Origin: Bugula neritina
Lineage: Eukaryota; Animalia; Bryozoa
Direction of reading: 5' to 3'
DNA length: 64,000 bases
Assembly: GCA_964035545.1 (NCBI GenBank)
Contig: OZ037769.1
Location: 3,453,929 to 3,517,928 of the forward strand
Each line of letters begins with the position of its first letter. Position 1 is the first letter of the stretch. A program made the position numbers and the translations under genes. The notes beneath the pieces were generated by a model that was not told the DNA's origin, ran no database searches, and saw nothing but the letters and a program-made list of their open reading frames with translations. Positions 1 through 12,709 of the stretch are shown here, piece after piece.

Positions 1-299
1 TAGTCAGTCCATATGTGTTGGTAAACTCATTTGACCCCTCCAGTCTCTGCAACATCACTTTAATGCATCAAATTCATGCATATTAACAATTATGGTAGCA
101 TCTAGGCTTTGCAAAATAAATCTAAGACCCAAGTGCCTAAAAAGGAACATAAATTGATTGAAAAAGTGATATATAAAATAAATATATTTATTTGTCTAAT
201 GAAAACGAACTAGAAGAATGATAAGTAGAACAAAAATGGCAACTTTAAGCTTACAAAGAGTATAACTTAATAGCACTTTGCATATTATATATAATATAT

Positions 300-600
300 A
301 ATTATATAATATAATATATATATATATCATTTACATAGTGAAGATGAGTGTTATGTATAATAAATATAGTCAAACTGCGTATTTTGTATCATATATGTAG
401 TCAAGCTGTGTATTATATATCATATATATAATATATATAATCATGCTGTGTATTATATGTCATATAACATGGTTGAGATGTGTATTATATATCATATAAC
501 GTAGTAGAGATGTATATTATATATTATATGACGTAGTGGAGATGTGTATCATATAACGTAGTCGAGCTGTATATTATGGGTCATATAAATTTGGAATATG
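300..600. repeat. Degenerate AT-rich tandem repeat (~31-nt unit, TGTGTATTATATATCATATAACGTAGT..-like)
   Basis: Recurrent 'gtattatatatcatata..gtagt' units. Confidence 0.6.
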
Positions 601-1171
601 TGTTGATACTTACTTACCCATGACGGCATGATCTGCGACCAGATACTGGTTGTCTTAGCAAAGTTCACTGAAGGTTTGTAAACCATTATTAAACTCTCGA
701 TATTTAAAAACAACATCAGCTTTAGTTTTAGTTTTTATTTTGCTCCAGTGATCAGAAGAAATATGATTATAAAAAAATCTGTACAATAATTTAAAGCTTT
801 TTAAAATTGAGTGTTTTGAAAATAACATAAATTCTTAAAATTTAGTAGATTTTTGCTGGAAAATACTAAAATGAAACAATAAATTAAGAATTCAACAGTA
901 CAGGTTGTTAAATTATAGTTGCCATATTTTGTTCTATTTTTAGCCATTATATAACTCCTGTAGATAGTTAACCTTATTCTAAAATATTATTTTTAATACC
1001 AATATTTAATACTCACTAAATTTCCCAAAACAAAAAATCGAAAACAAGTAGCACTTAAATTGAATTTTGTATCAAACAACTGAAAAATTTAAAGCAAAAT
1101 CCATCATAAATTATTATTTACAACATGAGTAGAAGTTAAAATATTATATATAAAAAAAACACACCAACACT

Positions 1172-1362
1172 AGTTTATAGTCGCTATCCCTGTGAGAAAA
1201 CCCTGATGGAAAGGATTTTTGTTAAAGCTTATTTAGATGAGACACAGAAGCAATTATGACTGGATGCTCTTCCTAACATCACCAATGACCTTTGTCTGGG
1301 CTTGAACCCATGACCTTCGTGTTTACTAGGCAAATGCTCTAACCCCTAGACCACGGCTACTC
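1172..1362 (-). mobile_element. tRNA-derived SINE, copy 1
   Basis: Near-identical to 28525-28680. The minus strand starts with a tRNA-like head with A box (TGGTCTAGGGGTTAG) and B box (GGTTCAAGCCC), followed by a non-tRNA body and a CA/A-rich tail. Confidence 0.8.
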
Positions 1363-1589
1363 TCTAAGAGTTAAAGGCTGCGTGAGAGTTGAAATATTAT
1401 TTATAGCTGATGCATAATTGAAATGTTTTGCTAAATTTGCAAATATAAAAAACCTAAAATAGAGATATTGATCTTAGACCAAAAAAAGATTGCACACTGC
1501 TAACATGCTCATAAAAAATGTCCATCTAGTTGAGTGGATAACTCCCCATGAGTCTAATACTTTGTATTTCTCAAATATTCTAAATATTA

Positions 1590-4500
1590 TCAGAATCTAC
1601 TTAACCCAAGATCATATTTTTTCTCAAAAACTATGAGTAGAATAATGGCAAGAGATATACCACCCAGTCCCCCTAAACCGTTAATCCAATTGAACGCTCT
1701 TTGGGAAAGTACACCTTGCTGAGAATTCCTATACAGAATTATCACAAAATTCAAAATGTTTGCGATGCCATCCATGAGATAGAAGAGTCCCATTGCACTA
1801 CCCTGCATAGCCCTAGAGGCAGAGATAAACGTCAGCTCATAGCCTGTAATCAGAAATGACTGGATCAGTCTTTTCAAACTCTTTGATTAACAAACATTTG
1901 CATATTTATAGCTTTGACAAGATTATCTAGCTTTACTTTATATGTTATGTAATCGAAGCACATGCTAATACTACAAAAATGCAAGATTTGTAAGAAGATT
2001 AAACATGTTATATAATTGAGTTCAGTAATGGAGAAATTGAGAAAAGCCTGTGTTCTAGATTAGCAAAAAAAGTTATGTTCTCACAAAAACTTCAAACCTA
2101 AACAAGAATTCATTACAAAACTTTCAGAACTTAGACTATCTCAATTTCTCCACTACTGCACCAGAAAACGAATGACACTTACTCTAACTATATTGAAATA
2201 TAATATTAGTAATAAAATTATGTCCATCTCACTACATGTTTCATTTTTATGCTATCTTGATACAGAGTGGGGTAATATGCATACATTACAGATATAGAGT
2301 AAGTCGGGAAATACCAACCTGTTGTATAGATAATAGCATTGGAAATTCCGAGTAAGACCATCCTTGCTATGTGTGTGGAAATACTTTGATCTAAAACATG
2401 GTATAGCCTGTGTGAGTAACTTTGTATTCTAACTAGTATTTTTGTATCTAAGGCTAAGTATATGTGGCCTTTATTCAAATTTCAGATATCAACTCTTGAT
2501 AAACCAGGTTTAATTAATTTAAATGTAACATGGCGGCTTTAAAATTTGAACTTTGAACTTTCAAGTCAGCACAGTGGTTAGGTTGCATGTAGCAGCAATC
2601 AAAAATAGTATGCAATAAAAGTTAGCCTTAATTAGTATTATTTCTCTAATACCACAGACTTGAAAGCCAACTAGAAACGTCCTCAGCAAGCAATCAGAAA
2701 TCTCAAACTAAGCCAAGACATGTTTGCACAAAATTAATAATTATAAAACAAAGCTGTTTGAGCATAAAACCCCCAAACAGCCTGTAGATTATAGTCAATA
2801 TAATATTACATAACATATAAGTATTTTATGACCACATTAATGAAGTGTGTCAGAGATTCTTTGAAGCACCAAATTACTATGTAGCTGGGTGTTATCAAAA
2901 AGATTTATTTTAAATTTTTAAATAAGGAGAAGAATTTACCCGTTGGACGCAAGTTTTGAAATAGCATCATCACTGAGATTGACATCATCATGACTACATG
3001 ACCAGCGATAAACCTGTGGAGGAAAGTTAAAGGTCTGTTCCGCCGTGCCATATGTCTGCCAAATACGTGGATAAGTGGAATAGTTAGTAAGGATGTGATG
3101 TATCTCACCATGTTGATGATCACCTAAAATGATATATCTGTTATTTATGAAACCAGACCAAATACTGACCCCAGTACTATGAGTGTTGAGTAGGAAAACA
3201 TGAAACATCTTCAACAATAAGGGAATGAATAAGTTGTTATCTAGATCATATATATACCCTCTTTTATATTTCATTATATAATACCTTCTTAGCATCTTTT
3301 GAAAGAAAAATTTTTCAACGCCGAACAACAGCCGAAGAAATAAAATAAAAGTAAGAAAGAGACTCACTGTCACTTTACTGTTCTCGTAAGGCATGTGCGT
3401 TGAGTTGGTCGCCCTGATGGCCTGTAAAGGTACAAAGAAATCAATTGACACACAGAACTGGCAATTACATTGATTAGCAGTAGACATTTTGTATTAAATT
3501 TGTGATTATTCGGTATATATGTTTTATTGTTAGAATAACATTTAAAATGTCTGCATTGCAAACTGATTCACTATATTTTGACGAGTCAAGTCCAATCTGT
3601 TTTAAAAAATAACTAAAAACGCAAATTGAGATTGATGAAATATTTCGTTTTTTATATTTAACAAACTATTTTTCTTGTTGATCAATAACAATTTATCACA
3701 ACACAACCAGCATATATATGATTATATAACATAAAATAATAATAATATAATATTATTTTAATGGAAAATATAAAAATGTGTAGTTTTACCGGTATAGTAG
3801 GTATAAGAGGAAGTGTGGTGGCAAATGCCACCGGGACGAGTAACAGCATAACCAGAGCAAACTTGAACATGTTAACTCTGTCTTCCACGGCTTTATCAGC
3901 AAATGATCCCCCAATGCTGCGTTTAGCCAAGTCCAGACAACTGTCTTCATCTATTCTTTCACTACAGTTCAGTTTAACAAATATATAGAATAATGTATTA
4001 TTATACTATAGTGCATTAATATTACCATATACCATTTTACTAGATATCATGTAGTGCTAGTACATTATATTATTGCTAAAGTAATATACATGGCAAGATC
4101 ATGTTGCATGATTTTACCATTAAAGAGTTTCAATAGTGTAAATTGTTTGTGACTACTCATGAGGAATTACTAAGTGAGAAATATGGTTATAGCATCTTCA
4201 CAGTCATAATCATAGTAATAATAATTATTTCTATAGCAATTTTACATAAATGTAAAAATATAACCATGAATAATCAATGTAATCATATTATAAGTCTAAT
4301 GACATTAAAACAGAATCAGAATAAAAGTACAACTAACTGACAGTAACATCTATATTAAAAAATACTTACTTACAAATACGTTAAAGAAATTGTGTTTTAT
4401 AAAAGCTACAGCCTACTAAAAGTATATCATTGAAATGACTTCTAATGCACTAGTTACTATATTTTGACAAGGAACTTAAAGGTTTTACATGAACAGGTTG

Positions 4501-7269
4501 AGTGGATTAAACAGATTTCTGGTTGCAGATGACAAGAGAATAAAGGTCAAGGTCCCTGAAAGCAAGGTCAGCCGGTTAGTAGCAAAATAAAAACTTGTTA
4601 AATTTTAAAGTACCAATTTTGTCCTCTCTGCAAGAAATCAAATGCTGAACCCTTTCTCCTTGAAAACCTCACAAGGCTGTAAAAAACTTACTCTCTTCTT
4701 TGGAAGGCTTCTTTACACATGAAGTAGGAGTCTTGTATGACACTGAAATGTGGAGTTGCTTGTCTTGTGATCCTACCACACACCACTGTAAGAAATACAC
4801 CACCGTGTAGACACACCACTGTATAAATACACTACTGTATGAAATACACACCCCGTACTGTGTTGAAGAAGATTTCACTTTGTTATTACAGATTGATAAA
4901 GGAAATGAATTGACTAAATTCAAACCTTACAATTTAACCAAAATTTTATATATTATTGTAACTCAGTAATAAAGTCTTACCTATGCTCACTGCAATTAAG
5001 GCCATGGCGCATGTAAATAAAATGGTTGCTCCCCATACAATGAAGAGTAACTGATAAACTTCAGTCGACTGAATGCGGGCGGGGTTATGAGCGTTCCATA
5101 CTATGAGATAAACCCAACATAGTAGAGCTGACAAAGCTTCTCCTAACTTCTGACACCAGTAGAAGGCAGCGTAAAAAACCCGAACACCTTTCCTATCAGG
5201 TATCTGTTATAAAAGAGACATGTCCGCATTGAAATAGTTATACATTCATTTATCCATTATTTAAAGCCACATTACGTATGCAGCTCCAAGAATGTCTCTT
5301 CAAATATGAAAACATAACTTTAGAAAGTTAATTGCAGCTCATGAAATTCAAAAGTCTAAAAAGCTTTATTTTAAAAATTCTAATAGAAATTATTGTTGCA
5401 AAGACAGAGTATTACATATAGTAACAAACAGGCATTAATTCCAATTTGGTGAAATACATTTAGTTATTGGAATAAACGTTTGACCTGACACGACTATGTT
5501 GCATTGATAATTAAAAGAATTTTTGGGGTAGCTATTGAAGAATATTGTTCAATTATTTTGTCGTTGCCAAAATATAAATTACTTTATAAGAGTGGAGCCG
5601 CATGCATAATGACTACCCATTTTTATGACTTTAAACTCGGCAAAAGTATTTTTCTTATTTTAACATAGCTTCCCTTGTATTCAGAATAAACATTTCTGTC
5701 ACATTTTATGACATTATTATGTAATACCTGGTCTCCACCTAAAGCTGGCAGAGCAGTTCGAACTACAGCGCTAACAACAGCGATAGCACATGCCCAGCCG
5801 ACATACACGTCCAGACAATAGCTACCGTTTCCACGGTCACTGAGGCACCATGCGAACTCGTCAATCTTGCAAGATATAGACAGGTTGTTGGTAGAGTTGT
5901 CTTTCCCGCAGTGTGTATTCTGTGGTAGACTTAGTATGATGGCTGCCTGATATCCAAACCTAGAAAGTAATATACCAGTTAGTCACAACATTAGTTGGTT
6001 AGTCATCCTAATTAGTCATTTAGTCATCCATATTAGTCATCCTTATTAGTCATTTAGTCACAACATTAGTCATCCTTATTAGTCATTTAGTTACAACACT
6101 AGTCATCCTTATTAGTCATTTAGTCATCCATATTAGTCATCCTTATTAGTCATTTAGTCACAACACTAGTCATCCTTATTAGTCATTTAGTCACAACACT
6201 AGTCATCCTTATTAGTCATTTAGTCACAACACTCGTCATCCTTATTAGTCATTTAGTCACAACATTAGTCATTTAGTCATCCATATTAGTCATTTAGTCA
6301 TCTTCATTAGTTATTTAGTAGAATAGAGATATGCTTTTCCAACTTAGGCTATCCACGAACCCAATTGTTGCACATATCTGCGCTGCAAGCACGAATAATG
6401 TTTTTCGAATGCATGAATCCATCAGCAAACCGGCCACCCATCCAAATGAGTAGAGAAGTATGAGCGATAGGACAGGTATCTTCTGCACACTGAAACAGAA
6501 AAGAAATGCTCGACACAGGAGAGAAATATGGATTACATAATAATTATACTGCGTACCTCATCATCTTCTATGTTTTTGGCCTACGGGTAAAGAATCTTTG
6601 CCTAATGATCGAGCTCAAAAGATCACAACAAAATTGGTGACTTTGTAAAAAATACTCAAATTATGTTAACATTTAGATTAATGTTTAGATTTCGAACTGG
6701 TATGATTGGCCAATGGGTAGGGTGAAGTGAGACTCCAGAGAGGGGAGTCGCTAGAAGCAGCACCGAGTTAGGGGTGAATGAGTACAGCATTTGTGTAGAC
6801 ATGGGCCAAACTCCAACCGCCCAACTTACTGCACTCAGTCTAAGTCACCCTCAACTCGGTGCTGCTTTTAGCGATTTCCTCTAGCGAGATTTAACTTTGC
6901 CTTGCTAATGTTCAATTAAAATTTACTTGGCAATATAAAAGCAACAGCAGTGCAAAAACTGCTTTGAACTGAAACCGAAACTTACTTTTCAATATAGCTA
7001 AAGTAACCATCCACTCCATTATTGCCATTGAAAAAGTAAACATTGAGTTCCAAGCTTATTGGTATCCAGGAGGTGACAGTAGTGAATGCCACCCAGTTGA
7101 AGAGCTGGCAGACTAGTATAGATCCTAAGGCTAATCTTCTTTTCCATGTTGGTTGGTATTCAAGTCGCTCAATACTGTCGTTAAGTGAGGAACCATCATC
7201 CTCCAAGCTACCATACCCTGAGTAACTTCTATAGAGTAGATTGGAGCTTGCTGACGATCTGTTGCCCAT
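1590..7269 (-). CDS. SLC15A4-like POT/PTR2-family MFS transporter, 10 coding exons, ~565 aa, divergent
   Basis: Exons 7269-6986, 6489-6361, 5959-5728, 5203-4981, 4785-4692, 3961-3790, 3421-3368, 3123-2940, 2390-2319 and 1843-1590 join in frame with GT-AG introns (1698 nt). POT motifs: PALGGDQ, FYAAFYW, CLDLAKRSIGGSF..VED, LLGISN, GYELTFISASRAMQGSAMGLF. Confidence 0.85.
2020..2161. mobile_element. Short MITE-like element with ~23-bp terminal inverted repeats
   Basis: gttcagtaatggagaaattgaga (2020-2042) matches the reverse complement of tctcaatttctccactactgcac (2139-2161) at 21/23. Similar end motifs occur near 24545 and 62640. Confidence 0.55.
5978..6320. repeat. Intronic minisatellite (AGTCATCCTTATT / AGTCATTT / AGTCACAACACT mosaic)
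   Basis: Directly visible. It fills most of SLC15 intron 2 and ends ~15 nt from the acceptor. Confidence 0.9.
6720..6902. mobile_element. Fold-back/MITE-like palindromic element
   Basis: The arms gtcgctagaagcagcaccgagttaggggtga and tcaccctcaactcggtgctgcttttagcgat are imperfect inverted repeats. A related fragment lies at 18361-18420. Confidence 0.7.
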
Positions 7270-7450
7270 AACAACCTTGAAGTGAAGCCTTTAGAGAAAA
7301 GGCTAGCCCATATTGTAGTACGAAACAAACACCTATGCCCTATGGTATCATACACTGCATTCGCGTGCTCTTCCTACTATTATACCCAATGAACTAAAAC
7401 TTCTCATTATAGTTCATTGATTATACCTATGTTTATAATTTGAAGACTCG

Positions 7451-7606
7451 GTCACGTGGTGTCAGATTGACTCATCAACTAGTAAAAATTTCTACGCTTG
7501 ATTGCCAAGTAATAATGAACCTTTTGACTCCCAAAGAACTGCTGAAGCATTCAATAACAAACTGATTGCATAGCAAAAAACCGTGAAACCTCAATGTCTC
7601 ACGTGA
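7451..7606. promoter_or_regulatory. Two CLEAR-type E-boxes (GTCACGTG 7451, TCACGTGA 7599) plus an AP-1 site TGACTCA (7468) upstream of the SLC15-like gene
   Basis: Motifs lie 180-340 bp upstream of the ATG in CpG-poor DNA. The lysosomal/TFEB link is inference. Confidence 0.45.
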
Positions 7607-10600
7607 TAGGGGAGGTACAGAACAAATGTACAAAAATCTGAGGTCACAGCTTTTAAACTGCTTAGTCAGCATTCAAAACAAACTTATCATTGGAGTGGTC
7701 AAAGTTAACTGATAACATAGCATACTCTGTACTCATTATCTAACTCATTGATTTTATAACCACAATCTTAAGGTTCCTTAAAGTTTCAAACAATATATGT
7801 TTTTATTACACTTATCTCTTGAGGAGACTAGAGTATTTGTATGCATTAATGTCAGTTCAACCCAGACTGATTTTGGAAATTCCCACTATTGCATCACTAC
7901 TAAATATTTCTAGACAAATGAGTATGCATTTAGTACAAAAACTGCACAGGGAATTAGCTAGCGCAGTTCAAATGCTTCTTACTATAATATGAAACAGCTT
8001 GACAACGCATTATAATGCTTTTCACCAATATGAAGTATTTTAACAAGCTGTTGAGCATATTACTTGAACTTAGTAGCAAATTAAAGGCAAATTTGAAATT
8101 CTTTAGCCAAGCAAAAGAGGTGAAGTTTTTAATTTATTCAGTGAATTTATTTATTTGGTGTTTCGAATTATGATTTAATTTATAAGCCAATCAAAAAATA
8201 TTGTAAGAATATGAAACAAATGGAATATAAATGTAACTAACCAAACCAATTTAACAGTACTAAACAAAATAGATGAGAATTGAGGTAAATATTTACAGTC
8301 ATGCAAAGTGTATATACATAATTCACTAAACTGAAATTAGAAAAACTGTCTACCATATATTGTAGATTATAACAATATGCACTCAATTACTCAACAAAGA
8401 AGAGACCAACAGCAAGGCCACCAAATCAAACAAATTCATGTGTGTAATTTAAACAACAGACTTGAAATACACCATTAAAACATCAGGCACTTAAGCTCAA
8501 AAATTCCCACATGTCATATTTTTGCAAACTAGTGAACAGATAGTCTATGCTCCAATATAACAGAATTGAGGAGGGGGTTGACAGCTGTCCCGACCTAAGC
8601 TAGTAGTAGTGGGCCCCTTGGTCCTTCTGGGTGTTGAAGCTTGGCCAGCCCGAGTTCCTTTTTATCTGTGCATGTCTGTTGATCTCGGCTTGACTACAAC
8701 ACACCAACCCTTGCATAGAAACTAAGGCTAATACAGTTCAACTCATAGTCAAGGGTTGTATGTTAAAGGTATAGCCGCCTAGCAGTCTTTGTATCCTTAG
8801 AGAGGGTAGGTGGGGGAAATTGACCAATGAGAACATTTGCTTATAAGATTAAAAAGTACCCAAATAATTTAGACATTTCATATTTTGCTACACTTTAGAA
8901 TATTATACTTTAACAAGGGTAAAACACTGGAGCTTTCTAATCTTACAAAAAGTGCTAGGTGGCAGAAGAACCTAACGAAAGACAAAGTCAAGGTTTTTAC
9001 TGCATGCAATGAATACCAGAACCTAACTGAGGTACCTTAGCATCCAAAGAGCAATGCAAAGGTGGAAACTAATCAACCATGTTTGAACCTTTACCAGGTG
9101 CTGTGTTAGATTAGGCAGTTGTTAGAGAGTTTATATAAGTGGTAGGTGTCTAACTGCTTGCACTGACAGTTAATGCGACTATGTGTTAGTGATCTTTAGT
9201 TACTTGTGGGTTGTTCAAGTGTGATTAGTAATGCAGCATGGTTACTAACTATGCACATGCTAGTGTACAATGCACATTTAAACATTTGCTAACTTTGAAA
9301 ATAGCAAAGTACAAGAACAAAACAAAAAGTAAAAGTTCCAAAAATTTTCAACTACAGACCAATGAAGTCAAGTGATAGTGAAATGGAAGTAAATAGTTGT
9401 CCACACAGGTGACATGAGAAGATAGAGTATCACAGAATACTATGAAACTGCTCGGAGATACAATTAGTAGAGCATTTATACCATAACAATTTTTTTCAGC
9501 AAAGGTATAAACGCCCCTTTAGAGGTGGGGAAGAGTATGTTGAACAGGATTATGATTGAACCAACAATAATTGAGGTAAACGATTACAGTATGTGCAGCA
9601 GATACCTGTAGACTGTAAAATAACTATTTACCATGGAACCTAGGACATAAAGTGGACAAACAGACAGACTGTGAGCTCAACAAATTTAGATTTGCATAAA
9701 TAGATTTTCCAAGGTCCAGGTGCTAGCTATAGGTGGGTAACTTATAAAACTTATGACGGTTTTCAACTTGAGGAATAAAACTAACAAACTTCTGGCAGTT
9801 GGTTAAAGAGGCGAGGATAGGAAGTAAAAAATAAACGAATAGACAGAAAAAAGAACATGTGAATGCGGCTACACACCTTGAACAGGAATTTGACAGCACA
9901 AGTCTGTAAAGAAAGGCAGCCAATAAGTGAATGCGATGCAATTTATGCTGCCACCAGACTAGTAATTGATGTCTACCAGTGCATTTGTATAAAATATATT
10001 AATAATTTAATTTGTATTTTTTGCAAATTATAGTTGTGGAGTATAAAGCATAAACTAAACTTTACAATTATTATTCACCAGTTTCCTGTGTAGGACCGTA
10101 GTTAGGTTACAGCCAGTTCGAAACATGGAAAAATCATACATTGAACTTGAAATTTGCACTGCATTACTAACAAAAAATACTTCACTAGTAAGTAAAAATA
10201 TAATCCAACTATTGCTATCAGTGTTTTTGCTAAACACTTCAGATTACTATTCACAACTTCAAACAGAGTAAGATGGTATATAAATATCTAGTAAAGCACA
10301 ATTGTAAAAACGGGCAAGATTAGAGTAATTGAAATTTTTTTATAACTCTACTAAAATAAATTTGATCGATTAAAATGCAAATAACATAACCCAATGGTTT
10401 TATTGCCAAAGTTTTCGATGAGAATTGTCACTTTAAATGTACAGACCCAAACTTTCTACCACATGGTGCTTACATAAAAAAATGCAATTGAAAATACTGA
10501 AGAAATGAAAAAATATTTAAAGTGAATTGACATCAATACATGGGAAACTGGTGTATAATATATAATTCTAAACGCATATTGAAAATTAAACTCAAAAGTC

Positions 10601-11439
10601 TGGTACTACACCACTGCTAGAAGTGAAGTGAGATTTTATTATGTGGTTGAAAAATGAAATTTTATCCAATAGGAAGCAGTATTACAAATAAGAAATGTGA
10701 TCACTATATAATTGGTTGGAGGTGCTAAACTCCTGGACTGGAAACAGATCTGTGATAGTGTGGTATATATCTAAAATACAAGAGAAACAACATGGCGTGA
10801 AGATGCTGTTACCAGCATATCAATATAGTGTTCAATCCATTCACTAAATTGGACTAATCACTGTGTATAATACAAACTAGACTATATAAATTTGCAAGGC
10901 TTATACTTGCAACCTGAAAAATCAGTCAAATTTCAAATTTAAATACAGTCACAAGAAACCACCATTTTCAAGTACCTTGAAATGTTATTAAATTTATAAT
11001 TACTAACTTTTCATGAACTAAATATAAGAGCTAATTTATATGCTTCTTAGCTGATCATTAAAAATGAATTTAAACTAAATCCACCAGTTTGTAGAATTTT
11101 TAAGCACATAAACTTTTGCTGTATAACTGTGCTAATATGTTGCTCAATTTTAGTAAAGAAAAATTTCAAACAAAAATTAAATCTCAAACAAAAAGTAATA
11201 ATAACAAAATTTAATGGAAATACTACTGGAAACAAACCAATAAACGAGATATAGATGTGCAAGAGAATTCAGTAAAGCACTGTGCAATATCTTAGATGAA
11301 AAGGGCTGATAGCAATAACTGTGAGAAAAAGCAACAGCAGCAAAAAATAGTGGTGGAATACTGCAAATGAAAAAGGATTGAAAGTAGCAAAGGTATAAAT
11401 AGTGAGGACACGCTCATTTTCATTCTAAAAAGTTAGCAA

Positions 11440-11790
11440 CTTGAGACAACTAGAGTCTGAACCAGGATTTAAGTACCCCCAAGAAACACTAGAAATAATG
11501 GAAAATAATGGAATTGGTGAAGAAGTTTCTAAACCAGTTAATACCCATAACCAAGCCCAACTAAACTACGGCTATTTGATGAGAAACGCACGTGAGCTAA
11601 CCCATGTACCATCAACATATTAGTAGACATGCCGGGCTATGTTAGGTATAGTATATTATATACCCTACCTGGAACAAGTCATAGAAAACCATCGCAAATA
11701 GATTTTATCCTCTTGGGTGACCAATAGGAGAAAAGTGGGGTCTTTTGATGTTATACCAGAAATTGACCATTCCATTTAAATGGTTAAAAA
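11440..11790 (+). pseudogene. Degraded non-LTR retrotransposon (LINE) APE-endonuclease remnant
   Basis: Translates to ...NNGIGEE... and ...YTLPGTSHRKPSQIDFILLGDQ*EKS, resembling the APE motif xQIDYILxxxRW. Stops and frameshifts are present. Confidence 0.4.
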
Positions 11791-12709
11791 CAGATAGTCA
11801 TGCCCAAAGAACACGGAATGAGTGTAGAGAATAAAAACACATTTTTTGTTGAGTACAACCGTATTTGTAGTGATCAAAGAAACCAGAGGAATGTGCAGCA
11901 TTTTACTGTATAAAAAGCGGGAAACTATATTCCGAGACCAAAGAAGTTGTTTGTTCAATAAAGAATGAGAGAAAAGGTATTCCATGCAGAGTAACTCTTC
12001 AAAACTTTGATAACTATTAACAACAGATAACTATACTGAAATAACAACAAAGTGTGAACAATCTAACAAACGGTGATGAAAAATCAAACCGCTGGAAAAT
12101 CAGCAGATATTGAACACCATGTACTTGCCTTCTCTTTTTAGTAAGAATATTGTTTTGACTATAATTAAGAATTTTATTGAAAAATTAGTATTGAAATCAG
12201 AAAACTAAGCAAGCATGAGTTGGTTAGACTAGAGATGCAAAATTAAAGACCAACAACAGCCCATTTAATGTGAAACTAATTCTAATAGTTGTTCTGCTAT
12301 AATAAGATGTTAAAAAATCTCTGTATATACAAGAAAAGAAAAATCCATATCTGAAAGTTATTTATGATAAGTATAGAGAGAACCTATTTACCTAAAGTTA
12401 GAAATATTTCATCAGTAAACATAAGATAACAACTAACCAGAATATTCATCCCAATTTACAATAATATGATACAAAATAGCAACGCCAGCATGCAATTCTA
12501 GCTTTGAAACCCACCTAAATAACAGACTGGCACGTAAAGCCAAAAACTTGAATCACATGCTACGTTTGCTTATATAATTGACTAAATTAACTAGTTCTAA
12601 GGCTATAAACCTAGTTTTAAGGCTAAACAACAATTCAATATACTATTAACTAGTTTACTATACTATAAACCTGTATAGCTATAAGCCTAACTAGTAGCAT
12701 ACTATACAC

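Noticed and set aside
2936-3487. 183-aa ORF
   Set aside because: It is a chance open frame across one true SLC15 exon, an intron and an out-of-frame exon.
7700-11400. Possible hidden gene in the SLC15-SEH1 intergenic region
   Set aside because: No coherent exon chain or motif was found. It looks like decayed repeat sequence, though an ncRNA or long UTR cannot be excluded by eye.
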